Of a DNA stretch of 64,000 bases, positions 48,414 to 60,474 are shown piece by piece. Numbering within the stretch: position 1 is the stretch's first letter; every line of letters starts with the position of its first letter. The notes under the pieces were generated by a model that searched no databases, had not been told where the DNA came from, and saw only the letters and a program-made list of their open reading frames with translations. The translations under genes and the position numbers were made by a program. Source of the DNA: Hyphochytrium catenoides (lineage: Eukaryota; Protista; Hyphochytriomycota); contig FLMG01000885.1 in NCBI GenBank assembly GCA_900088475.1, positions 8,234 to 72,233 of the forward strand, written 5' to 3'.

Positions 48414-49709
48414 CAGCACTTTTGTTGACCTATTGAGCTTCTTCTTCATCAGAGGGCAGTATTCAGTCAGATGAACGCCAAAAAGTTTACTTTGGATCAA
48501 TAAGTGGTCACTTCTCCTACATAGATAGATGGTTGTCATCATGGGATGTAACGTTAAGCTGATCATTGTCTGAGAAAAGCAAGCCACTGCGCGTCTGTTT
48601 ATCGACAGGAGTGTGTACCGAGTGCCACCAAGAGTCACAAGAGCCAAAGCCAACGACAAAGCTCCTTGCTGACTGAAGGACTAAGTGGAAGATACAAGGT
48701 TGCTCAGAAGTTGCTGGACTCGAGCTCAAGGTTCTTCCGGGTGGGGAAAACCGATCTGCAAAGCATCAGCGTCCCTTGGCGACATCTCTTTTGTCGTAGT
48801 CCTCAAATCGTGACGAGGCTGCAACAAACGCCTTCTCTCGAAGGTTTTGAGAGCTGTTCTATTAGCAACTGTACAATCATTTACATGGGCAGAAGCTCCA
48901 TTCCTTGGATGCTCAAGACCCTGTACCTGTACACTTGCTCTACCACTTCGGTTTTGCACAGAGGAATCCCATCAGTTCTTATGGATTGTGGGTTGATCCA
49001 TGCGATGTAATGATGTCTCTCTGAGGGATGGCCGCTAGCTGCCTCGGGCCTCTAAAACTTAGCATGCAAGTAGAGAATGGGGAAGGGATTGATTGCTGTA
49101 CCATCCCTCGACATCATCTGAGGCCTTGCCCTTCGCTCGGTTGACCCGCCGCTGCCAGGCAGAGAAAGTTGCTTCATCAGCTCTTGAAAGGGATGCTTTC
49201 CATCACTCTCATCAGAAGCAATCCAGCCAAACACCGTTCGCCAAACAAGGAGGAGGATTCTCCATATGTCTAGTCTGCGACTTGGTTAATATCATTCAGA
49301 ATACAGTTGGCACTCCAGTTTACAGTGCAGTACAGTAAGCTGTACAAAGGTAAGAATACTTTTCAACTTGCCAAGGTGTACGACGATGTAAAGCTTCCCG
49401 TCCCGATTCCAAACGTCACCGCCACGGCCACAGGTTTGGGCGTTATCTTTGTTGCTGAGCTGAAGACTGCACAACCTTTGGCCTGTGTCAAGGGCATCGG
49501 TGCCAAGTGCCAGAGTTCATTGAGGATCAACGGAGTCGAGGAGGAGCGGTCAAAAGGGGCACAGCTCACAATGGACCAGTCACTGGCATGATAATAGCTT
49601 CACCTGCTTGGCGTAGGCAAGGAACCTGACTGAGGGCCCATAACCATTTAGCTTTCGGCAGGACAAGAGATTCCATGTGGCACCGTGTACTGCGATAGTG
49701 TGTCCCCAA

Positions 49710-52502
49710 ATGGAGGGGCAAACTGCAGTAGACTGCCACAGAGGCAGGCGTCGCCTTGGTGTTTCTGTCAATGACGACGAGGCCACCGAGACGACTCTCC
49801 CAACTTCGTCCTTAAAGAGTGGGACTGCCCTAGATTTTGGCAGCACTGACAGACGCTGGAGCCAAGAGAATAATGACGAGGAGGATGTCGTCAAAGGCTT
49901 TCTCGAGGCTGGCATTCCCTTAGCTCAGCTGTCTCAGGTTTGAGAAGTACCGCTTTCTCCAACTTTCGCATGCGTCATATTGCAGTTCCTCTGTTAAGAG
50001 CGACAGGCTGGACTGCATGTGGTTCATTTATTATGCTGGGCAACATCTCTTTCTTACTCTCACGCCTCATTTCCCGATCTCAGCATTTCTGTCCACCTTG
50101 TTATATAGCTGCCCTATTCTCCTCAGCTTGACTTGGTTCACTACTTATCCCCCCATCATTCCGTTTTCTTGACTATTCCACATCGCACCACCTAACTTGT
50201 TACTTGCTGTTTAAGAGAACATACCGTCTGGCGTTCATTGGCGGTCGCCTGTTTGTCGCGCTTATCCTGACATGGGTGGCCGCGGTTGATCGCTCTGAGT
50301 GGCCTGAGATTGCACTAGTCTTTGGCCTAAACAGCTTGGCGTTTTGGGCTATCCAAGGTTCTGACCCTGGGTATATAGAGAGAGGGCTTGCTTCTGAAAA
50401 AGGTGGGTTAGCTTTCAGTACAGAGTCATAGCCCAACGCTATGTGAACGGGTACTGTCCGTGCGCCTTGCTCTATACCCTGCGGCTTTCTATTTAAAGTG
50501 CGGGCGAAGTAGTCTAACACCCAGGATGCCGCTGTTAGAGTTAGAAGTCTCTAGACCAGCTCGAGCAGCATCTTCAGAACTTCTGGATCTCGAAACGGGT
50601 GATCAAGAAGAAGAACTTCGCTCCTTCTGCCAGGACTGCAAACTCCTTCAAGTAAGAACGGTCCATTGTCTACATATGTTGACCCATGCCTTCTCGGGGC
50701 AGTTTGCCGCTGTGGTTGAAACTGAACTCCTAACCTCTCGTCCCTTACATTCTCTTAGATATATATCCTTATCCTTCGTTGTTATATAGCGGTACATGTG
50801 TCTGGCATCCTCTTTCTGCTGCTGCAGTCTATAGGTAGCCTATATTGGGTGTAAGAGGCCCTGATCTCGCCATTCTTTGTCCTTTCTGTCAACTCTTGTT
50901 AAATCGAAGCCGCTCCGAGCTCATCACTGTCGGGTGTGCAACCATTGCGTGGCTACATACGACCATCACTGCTTGGTACTCGGAACCTGCATCGGAGAGC
51001 GCAATCATGGGCTCTTCTGGTGCTTTCTTTTTACCCAGGTGCTTGAGCTGGGGTATGCAGTATTATCGGTATGGACTATCGTTGGCCAACGAAATCATTT
51101 CCCCTCTCTTTAGTACTTCAATATCTTTGGTTTTGGTCCCTGAATACTTTGCCTCCTGTCCTCATCTTCTGCTTCGAAGGCATTTGATATCAGTTTACGC
51201 ATTGGCGGGGTTTGTTGTTGAGACTCGTGTCTTCCTTATAGTCCGGCCACTCTGTGTCGGCCTCCGATAGTGTATGACTCGTGCGCAGCATTGCCTGTCT
51301 AGAAGCTTGGCGTTCCTCGTCTCACACTCGACCTTACCCCTAGAGTCACGGACTTTTACGGAGAGTTTTAGGTTTTACCTCTCCATCTCAATATCCCCAT
51401 TGCTTCTTATTAATGTCGGTCCATATCCATAAAGATTGATCAAGATGTGAATTAGCTCTTTAGGGGCTTCCAGGGAGCATCATCAGTAGGGCTGTTCATA
51501 AGGGCAAATGCCTTGCTGATTTTAGCGCTTTCAATACTTGGGGTGAGTAACCCGCTGTAATGCATGTGACATATGACTGTGGCTGGTTTCTGCAATGAAT
51601 GGCAAAGGGTTTCGCCGGCTAATTAAGGAGTTTGATGTCAGAAAGACGAAAGATCGTAGATTAGGGAGGAAGAGACTGTCAGAGCGAGGATGGATAGTTG
51701 TGCATAGTACCGAGGGCGGATACTGACGCTTTCGGTATTTTCTTCGCAGGTTGTGTTCCTGATTGTACTTGGCCTTCTTTGCTTCCACAGTACGTAGATC
51801 CAGATATCTTTCCCCATGAAAATCTTGCCTCCTTTAATTCTCCGTGTTTAGGCGCTTTTCCGGTGCATGCTCGCCCACTTTCCTGCTATTGCTCACAATA
51901 TCTCCATTTTTGTGCCTGCGCCAGGTTTTTTTGCTATGGCCAATATGACGACATACGAGATGGGCAAGGGTCCGAGACTGAAGTACCTTTCTGGAACAAG
52001 GGAATGTGATCTTCCCTTCAGCCAAGGCTTGCTTCCAAATCTTTACCTCTTTTGCTGCCAAGGGCTTCGCCGATCAGATGGACGATCTACTGAGGTTTGG
52101 GAGCCATATCCGTGGGAACCACCGAGGCAAGGATTGTTTGCTTTGTTTTCGAAACGGGCCTCTCTTCGTTGCCTGTTGCACAGCCTTCATAACTTCATCC
52201 TCTTTTCCGACTGTACCTCCCAGTTCTGTATAATGACCTCTCCTATAATGCTGCTTGGAAATGGTAGTCTGTCATTCCCCGACCGACGTGAAATAACCTG
52301 CGGTTACATTCCATCCGCTAATCCAACATCTCTTCTCTGCATGTGTTCGATAAGCCTTCCGTGTCTCTCGCTTCTGGTGATCTAGCAGTTGTGGTTTAGA
52401 GCTCTATTTCTATTGACCGTTCCTGTCCTTAGGCCATTTTATAGAGATAGTCAACATGTTTGCAGCAACCTCTGGGAAAACAAATACTATAGCTGCTGTT
52501 AG
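49710..52502 (+). CDS. DHHC protein S-palmitoyltransferase
   Basis: IQGSDPG motif; FCQDCKLLQ|PLRAHHCRVCNHCVATYDHHCLVLGTCIGERNHGLFWCFL; ANMTTYE (TTxE); LPFSQGLLPNL; C-terminal ENKYYSCC*. The start is approximate. Confidence 0.92.
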
Positions 52503-52730
52503 CCTAATACAGTGGTGACCACTGAAAGGAGACTAGAACATATATAAGGAGGACCGTAGTGCACCAATGAAAAGGAAGATGGTGCTGCTGCTATCTATAT
52601 GGTGGCATTCCCTGTCAGGGCCCAACCAGCCGTCTCTACATTTTGGATACTCGTAGACCTGCTATGGGTCTACCCTGGGATGATCTCTATGCGAGGCACT
52701 GTGCGATGAAGCAGGAAAATGAAGCGTACG

Positions 52731-54146
52731 CTATTGGCGAATCCTTAGCTGCTTATCCGGGGAGCTCGAGTACGGCTTGGTTCTTCCTAGTACTTGGTTG
52801 ACAAGCTTGATTACACGAAACTCTTTCTCTCTATCGCTGACGGCGGACACCACATTCATCCCTCCCAAAAAGACTCGTGCCTGAGAAGCCCACGCTACCA
52901 CAACCTGGTCAGACGGAGGAGGCCCCAAAGCGCAGCCCAACCCCACACAGGTCCCAATATTGACTTTCGTTGGATCTCCAGCTTTCGCTGAGAAAAGAGA
53001 AAAATGCCTCTTCATGGCGTCCTGGTAGATACTTTCAGCCGCAGCTGGATCTCGTGCTACGTTGAAATAGTTAAAGTTCACCCAATTGAGATACTGTTCT
53101 ATGCCTATCGGGAAACAGCGTGATGAAGGAGGATCCTTGCAAATTTTCTCGTCTGCTTCAAAGGCAGTAGCTTCATAGGAAAGGTAGAAGGACTCTTCTC
53201 GAGGAAGAATGGAGCGGAGGGCTCTTGCGCTCTCTATCAGCTGAAGAGGTTGGAAGTTCTCTCCGCTTCGTTGGTCCACAATATTGACTCCATCAGCTTG
53301 CAACTCCGTCAAGATCTCCGCAGCGCTGGTTCTAAGAAGAGAAAGCGACGAAACGGAAACAGAGGTAGGAAACAGGGTGTCGCCGCCTATGTTCACCAGC
53401 ACTCTCATACATTGGTTGTGCCAGTGTCGAATACATCTCTTAACGTCTTTAGTGCTGTTTGTCTGGAATGTAGGGTTCAGTGATCCATCTTCTCTGATTC
53501 TTAGGGTTCCAAGGTTAACCACGTCCACCATCTCAGGCACATCGTCGCAGTAAGGATCAGAAGATGGCCAAAACGTCATGAGCTTGCCGATAGTAGGCAG
53601 AGGAGGACAGACCTCGCAACGTTGGCTCTTGATGGAGTAGAATTGGCCTACTTTGCATGGAGAGATAGTGCAATAACCATTGATAAGAATCTCCTCCTCC
53701 TTACACTCTACCAAGCGCATGAGCCCTGGTTTCTCCTTAATCCCTAGGTTCTCTTTACTCGAGTCCGCTCCAGAGAAGCCCCCAATGGCATCGGAGTCGA
53801 CCCCGACCTTCAATATCAGGAAGAGAGCCACGACAGCTATAAGAGGGAGGAAACAGAGAAAGAATAGAAGAATCGGCCACCAGTGGAGGCCCTCGCTAGG
53901 TGGCCGACGTACTCCATCCTTTTCGGATGTCTTCTTGGTCTCTTCTTCTAGTAAGAGAATGGACGGCCGAAGTTTGCTCTCGACAGCGTAGGTCTTCAGA
54001 TGGGGCCCAGTGGTCGCTTCGCTGCTCTCAACAACCGAAAAACTTGGGTCTGACTTGTGGCTCTCATCGTTGTGAAAGGATGGGGACGAGGGGAGGGTGA
54101 GAATGATCTTGGGTGGCTGCTGAGGAGGGGAGGAATTCTGCATCAT
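52731..54146 (-). CDS. Intronless type II membrane protein with Cys-rich linker and GH18 chitinase-like barrel, catalytic motif degenerate
   Basis: Single 471-aa ORF. One TM (WWPILLFFLCFLPLIAVVALFLIL), then CKVGQFYSIKSQRCEVCPP. GH18 strands MRVLVNIGG, ADGVNIVDQ, YLNWVNFNYFN, KVNIG and LGGMNVVS. Confidence 0.7.
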   Translation of the reverse strand: MMQNSSPPQQPPKIILTLPSSPSFHNDESHKSDPSFSVVESSEATTGPHLKTYAVESKLRPSILLLEEETKKTSEKDGVRRPPSEGLHWWPILLFFLCFLPLIAVVALFLILKVGVDSDAIGGFSGADSSKENLGIKEKPGLMRLVECKEEEILINGYCTISPCKVGQFYSIKSQRCEVCPPLPTIGKLMTFWPSSDPYCDDVPEMVDVVNLGTLRIREDGSLNPTFQTNSTKDVKRCIRHWHNQCMRVLVNIGGDTLFPTSVSVSSLSLLRTSAAEILTELQADGVNIVDQRSGENFQPLQLIESARALRSILPREESFYLSYEATAFEADEKICKDPPSSRCFPIGIEQYLNWVNFNYFNVARDPAAAESIYQDAMKRHFSLFSAKAGDPTKVNIGTCVGLGCALGPPPSDQVVVAWASQARVFLGGMNVVSAVSDREKEFRVIKLVNQVLGRTKPYSSSPDKQLRIRQ

Positions 54147-54599
54147 GCACTGCGCATTTGTTACTAGGCAAGCGGTGGTTTCAACCAGGAAAAGAGGTCA
54201 CGACGATAGTCTATGCTCAAGCGCTGGCAGGCGCCGCATCAAGCGGACAACGATCAATAGCAGCGTGTGCCCACTAGCGAGCTAATAAACCTCTGATGCT
54301 CTATTACTGCCCAGCACGATGGTTGAGGAAAGAAGGGTTCTGAGCTGGCGCATCGGATAGAAGCTAAGCTCATGTAGAGCCTAATGTGCCTCCGTCGCCA
54401 CGGCAGCATAGGCCGATTGCACAGCCAGTATTGCACAAGAAGTCGATCGCGGTATGATCACCTCCGCACCACTTCTTCTCTCTCATTATTTCAAGGTCCT
54501 CCTGGTAAGAAGTGACATCGCAGAAGCAGCAGCGAAGATAAGAAGAGAAGGAAGAGAGAACGAGAAGAGGATAGAAGAAAAGGTAGAGAGCCAGACAGT

Positions 54600-54760
54600 G
54601 TTAGAAGAGAGAGAGAGAGAGAAAGAGAAAGAGAAAGAGAGAAAGAGAGGGGGAGAANNNNNNNNNNNNNNNNNNNNNNNNNNNNNNNNNNNNNNNNNNN
54701 NNNNNNNNNNNNNNNNNNNNNNNNNNNNNNNNNNNNNNNNNNNNNNNNNGAGAAGAGAGT
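54600..54760. repeat. GA-rich microsatellite containing an assembly gap (54658-54749)
   Basis: gagagagagagagagaaagagaaagagaaagagagaaag precedes the Ns. Confidence 0.85.
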
Positions 54761-55417
54761 GGGACGTGACGAGGAGAGGGATGATTGATCTCAGCTTCTT
54801 ATTGGGTTGCGGCTAGTAATATGACACCTCAAAGTGATGCCATTCATGGCAGAAAGCTTAACATACGCTGCCGTAGTAATGACAATTGGGACGGATCATC
54901 GTGACCCTTGGGGCACCATTCTTGCCTGAATGCCAGATGGTCCCATTTGACTAGCCCAACGACATCATAAGGTCGATGAAGGGAACCTTCCCTTCTCATT
55001 ATGGCCACGAGGAAATGTTCGTTAGGAAAGATGATGCCTCGCATCCTACAGTAGAAGTGCTGACGCTACCCGGGTTAGCCTTGAAACCTACGGGTCATTC
55101 TTCATACTCGGGTCACACAAGTCCCGAGTAGTACCAAGTAACCCGCGGGTCAGGCTGTACCCGGGTCCTGCTTGTGTTCTGTGTACTCGAAAGCAAAGCA
55201 AGCACGAAGCTTGACCAGCGGCAACAACAGCAGCGGCGGCAGCAGCTGGGAGAGGAGATTCTGATGATCCAGCGTAGTACTAGGCCATCAGCCATCACAG
55301 TGGCGGAGGCAGAAGAGGAACAGCAAGTCAGTATTCAGCGTCATTTAACGCGCAAAGGATCAGTGCGGCACGTAGAGGCGGGGTGATACTAGAGAGTCGT
55401 GGGTTATAGAGAGAGAT

Positions 55418-56610
<1,193 letters not shown>

Positions 56611-56673
56611 TTGTTACAACTTAATACATTAGCAGTACAAAGGGAGGAGAAGCTCTCAATCCTTTCTAGGGAG

Positions 56674-57178
56674 CTAGTTGTCTAGAGGCTTGAGGCTGAG
56701 CTCTTCGGCATCATTCTCAGCATCTGCCTTTTCCTTGATCGTGAGGAGGCGCTCCTGCGGGGGAATAGAGAGAGTCGATGGCGGTGGTCACGAAGGTGGG
56801 ATGGTAAACTAAAGAAAATGGCCACAAAAGAATCAGGCAAAGCATGTCATGAAAAGATAGAATGAGGGTAATATCATTCAGCAGCCAGACTTAACCTTTA
56901 TCTCAGCGATCTCAGCCAGACACCTTTCCTGATTGACTCTCTGGTTATATCTCGAAGTTGTCCTGGGCTTGGCTCTCTTTGTCTTCACTGCCGAACCCTC
57001 TGCCTTTCCTTGAAGCAAAGGTCATCAGCTATAAGCCGAGCGCAGCATAGTCAAAGATAGAGCATGCAACTACGATAGAGTGGCGTTGTAAACTACCTTG
57101 ATTACCAGAGCCAGCAGTAGCTGCCTTCTTCCGCTTTGCAGTCAATTTCCTTTTCGAAGCTCCACCGTTCGCTGCCAT
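56674..57178 (-). CDS. Small hypothetical protein, 91 aa, 3 exons (57178-57097, 57008-56896, 56754-56674)
   Basis: GT-AG splicing gives an uninterrupted frame: MAANGGASKRKLTAKRKKAATAGSGNQ-GKAEGSAVKTKRAKPRTTSRYNQRVNQERCLAEIAEIK-ERLLTIKEKADAENDAEELSLKPLDN*. No recognised family. Confidence 0.6.
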
Positions 57179-57950
57179 CACGTTTGCCCAGTGCTCAGAG
57201 CTCCTAGAGAACCGACAAGCTGGGATACAATGAGATTCGGCTGGATGTTTTAAAGCATAGAGCTGTCGATCAAGATAAAGAAATGTTCCCTCTTTTGTGC
57301 AGGTTTGAGCTGTGCAGGTTTGAGCTGTGTTCCTCTTATGGCTGGGGCAAAGCGCTTCCAAGGATATGTTGCGGATAAAGCAAAGAGACAGCAGTAGCGA
57401 CGAGAAGACGGTGGGAGACGAAGACTGGCTTCTGAAAGTTTGATAGAGATGAGGAGATGAGGAGCATTCAAATGTTAACCGTTCGCGCGAACTTTCGACG
57501 CAGGTGACACACTGGCCCACTTGGTGAATATAGGCTTATCTTCATATTTTACAACTGTATTTGGCGCTTAGCAATGAATAGCTAACGATTGACATTCTTT
57601 GCTTATGGATTTTGGTGTAAAATGACCTTCAATTTGTGAATTATCATGGATTTTTGTTTGCTTTATAAACCACCAAAGTAAACTTTCTCCGAAAGTTTCA
57701 GTTGGGCTTTTGGCGCTGCTTGGCTTCCAGTCTTCAGAATGTGATCTCTCAGATACTCAGCATCCACACAGACAGAGCTCCAGAAAGTGCTAGCCCTGTC
57801 CTCATCACTCGCTACAATCATGCGCCTCGCCTGATCGCGACATTGGCTAGAGCGGCAGGAGATCGTTAGCTTTTATTATATTCGAGTTCGAACCCATTCC
57901 TGTCAGAAGTCCGGCGTTACAGTCCTGTGAGAACGCCAGAGTTGTATAAG

Positions 57951-60080
57951 ATGTATGCGGGTAAGGCTCCTGGGTATGGTGCTCGGAGTAATGGCGGCCG
58001 AAGCCATGGGATAAACTCAAGACCACCAATTAGCCTTAGCGCCCAGGCTCGAGCTCCACCTCCACCTCCATTGACAGGGAGCACAGATCAGGTGAGGAGG
58101 CCAATAGCCGGACTTGAGGGTTCGGATGCGGTGTCACGGTGGCTATAGTGGGCTCTCCGTGGGAATCCACTATTTCTTATAACGTATACCTCTGCCCTCT
58201 CGCCTCTCCTGCCTTTATACACTAGGAAAGCTACGGTCTCTCCTCAGTTACAAATAAGCTCTACTCGCTAAATATGAAAGAGAAAGATGCCCATGAAGCC
58301 CATGACATCGCCAACAGGGAGTCGGAGGGCTTTTCTGGCAGAGAGCCGGAAGGCTTTTCTTCTCTCCCTGCAGCGGCAGCTCCAGGGTCCCCTCCGTCTT
58401 GGAACGCATGGAGCTTCAATCCTCCTCAGGCTTTAGTGGATTCGGGAGAATATACCGACGAAGAAGAAGATGACGAAGGCGGTTTGTACATACACACCAC
58501 AGAAGACGGTACGCTGTCATTATGGTTGTGTTGGCTGGTTCGGCCCATGCAGTAGATGCCTTAGGTCTCCGAAGGCTTAGATGGTGTGTTGATCGATTGT
58601 TGATAGGAGTGATTCAGACAAAAGGGATCAAGAGAGAGGGCTTATAAGGACTCTTTAGCAATTGTTAGGGTTTGATAATGGAAGGAAAGCAAAGCCGAAC
58701 GTTGAGAGCACACCTCCAAGGAAGACTCACTATATTAACAACTCTTCTCAGGCGTGTACTTCTATGGAGCACCAGGAACCGAATTCAACGCCGGCCAAAG
58801 CCAACCTCAGGGAACTCAGACTAACAGAAACATGAACTGGAAAGCCGCAGTCGGAGCAACTCTACCCGCCGAGGATGACGGAGGGTCTCCCTCCTTCCTA
58901 AGGGCAGATAATAGCTCTTTACCAGCATCCCGCGCGCGCCCCACAGCGCCTTCCGGACCTGTTTGCAAATTTTTCTTGCAAGGAAACTGCCGCTATGGCA
59001 GCTACTGTCGGTACAGCCATCAATTAACCGGCGGCCAAAGTGCTGGGGAAGTCGGGGAAGAAGATGAGGAGTCAATGGTGGCGTCCGAGGTTGAGTTTTC
59101 ACGGTCGCTAGAGTGCCACATCTGTTATGAAAACGTCATAGAGAGAGGTCAGCGCTTTGGCTTGCTGAGTGGATGCTCCCATCCATTTTGCTTAGACTGC
59201 ATAAGGAACTGGAGAGGAAACATTGACCAGTCAAAGGAGTCGGTAAGAACATACATCCTATCAGATCTAGTCTTGGCTGGATTAGCGATAAAGTCCCCTG
59301 GAACATCGTGGCTTCATGTCGCCACTCTCTGATAAGACGACGGTTTTCGCACTTTTCTCAGTCTTAGTTTTCGGCACCTCTAAACCTCTATGTACGCTAT
59401 ACATTCCTACGACGTCCTCTCCCCAACCTCCCCCCGTCGTCTTCGTGGTCTGCAAATCCTGTGCGTTAGTCATGATTTTTGGACTCAGCAGCATAGTGAA
59501 TCCGTACTTCCTGTTGCCTCCACGTCTAACAGTCACGTTCAGGTGAGAATGTGCCCAGTATGTCGCCTGCCTAGCTACTTCATCGTCCCATCCTATCGCA
59601 TGATATCTGATCCGGAAAGGAAGAACAAGGTCATAGAAGAGTTCAAGGTGAGAAGCTCATAGATACGTTAGAAATAGGCTGAGAACGAGGACTCAAGGTA
59701 GAGGACGGGGCGGAATAGGCAAACACTTGGAAACTCAGCCGATGAACAAGCAAAGCGCAACCGCAGATACAGATCATAATTGGGAAACCTAAGGGTGGGG
59801 CTTTTGAGACGTGTTCGTCTCCTCTTTCTCGGCTAGGGTCCGTGTTAAGCCGTCATTTGTCCGTCATGCTTGTGCTTAGGCGAACACATCCAAGATTCAC
59901 TGCAAGCACTTTAAGAGAGGAAATGGGACGTGCCCTTTTGGAAGCAGCTGCTTCTTCGCTCACGTGTACGAAGATGGAATTCCAGCTGAGACCCACTTCA
60001 GGACTGCACTCAACGCGGAGGGAAAGTATGACCTAGTGCCACAGGTGCGGCTGGCCAACTTTTGTCCAGATGTTTTATAA
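57951..60080 (+). CDS. MKRN: Makorin-family CCCH/RING E3 ubiquitin ligase
   Basis: CCCH VCKFFLQGNCRYGSYCRYSH; RING SLECHICYENVIERGQRFGLLSGCSHPFCLDCIRNWR...|VRMCPVCRLPSYFIVPS; C-terminal CCCH IHCKHFKRGNGTCPFGSSCFFAH. Confidence 0.93.
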
Positions 60081-60474
60081 CAATGACGAGAAAGGGAAAA
60101 AGCAGTGCCAGCTAAGGCCGAGCCCTCAAGGTTAAGGAAAGAGTACGGGGAGAGTTTGCTTGGGACAGGAGAGTCAGTAGGATGAAGCGGGGTGAATCTT
60201 ACTCTTAAATCTCTGACGATGCTTCGTAATAAGTTATATAATAAGAGTATTTATTCGTACATCATAACCTTGAGCAGCAGGGACTTCCAGTCTAGCAGCA
60301 CTGATCTGACACAATCACCAGACTTCTCCTCCATATAGCCTGGCCTCTTCTAATAGGCAAAGTAATAGGAGAAGTGATCGCCCAACTCCACAGTCCTGGT
60401 GCTTTGATCTGACACTTGTGCATGGACAATTCTACTACTTCAGTTCCTCCCTTACATCCGTGAAGCCCTTACAG

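Noticed and set aside
55174-55386. Q-rich ORF upstream of ferredoxin
   Set aside because: Non-ATG start, CAG low complexity and no family motif.
57845-57905. tRNA-like 3' end (gttcgaacccattcctgtca) with a 7-bp stem to ggcagga
   Set aside because: Only about 50 nt lie between the stems, there is no D or anticodon arm, and the T-stem does not pair.
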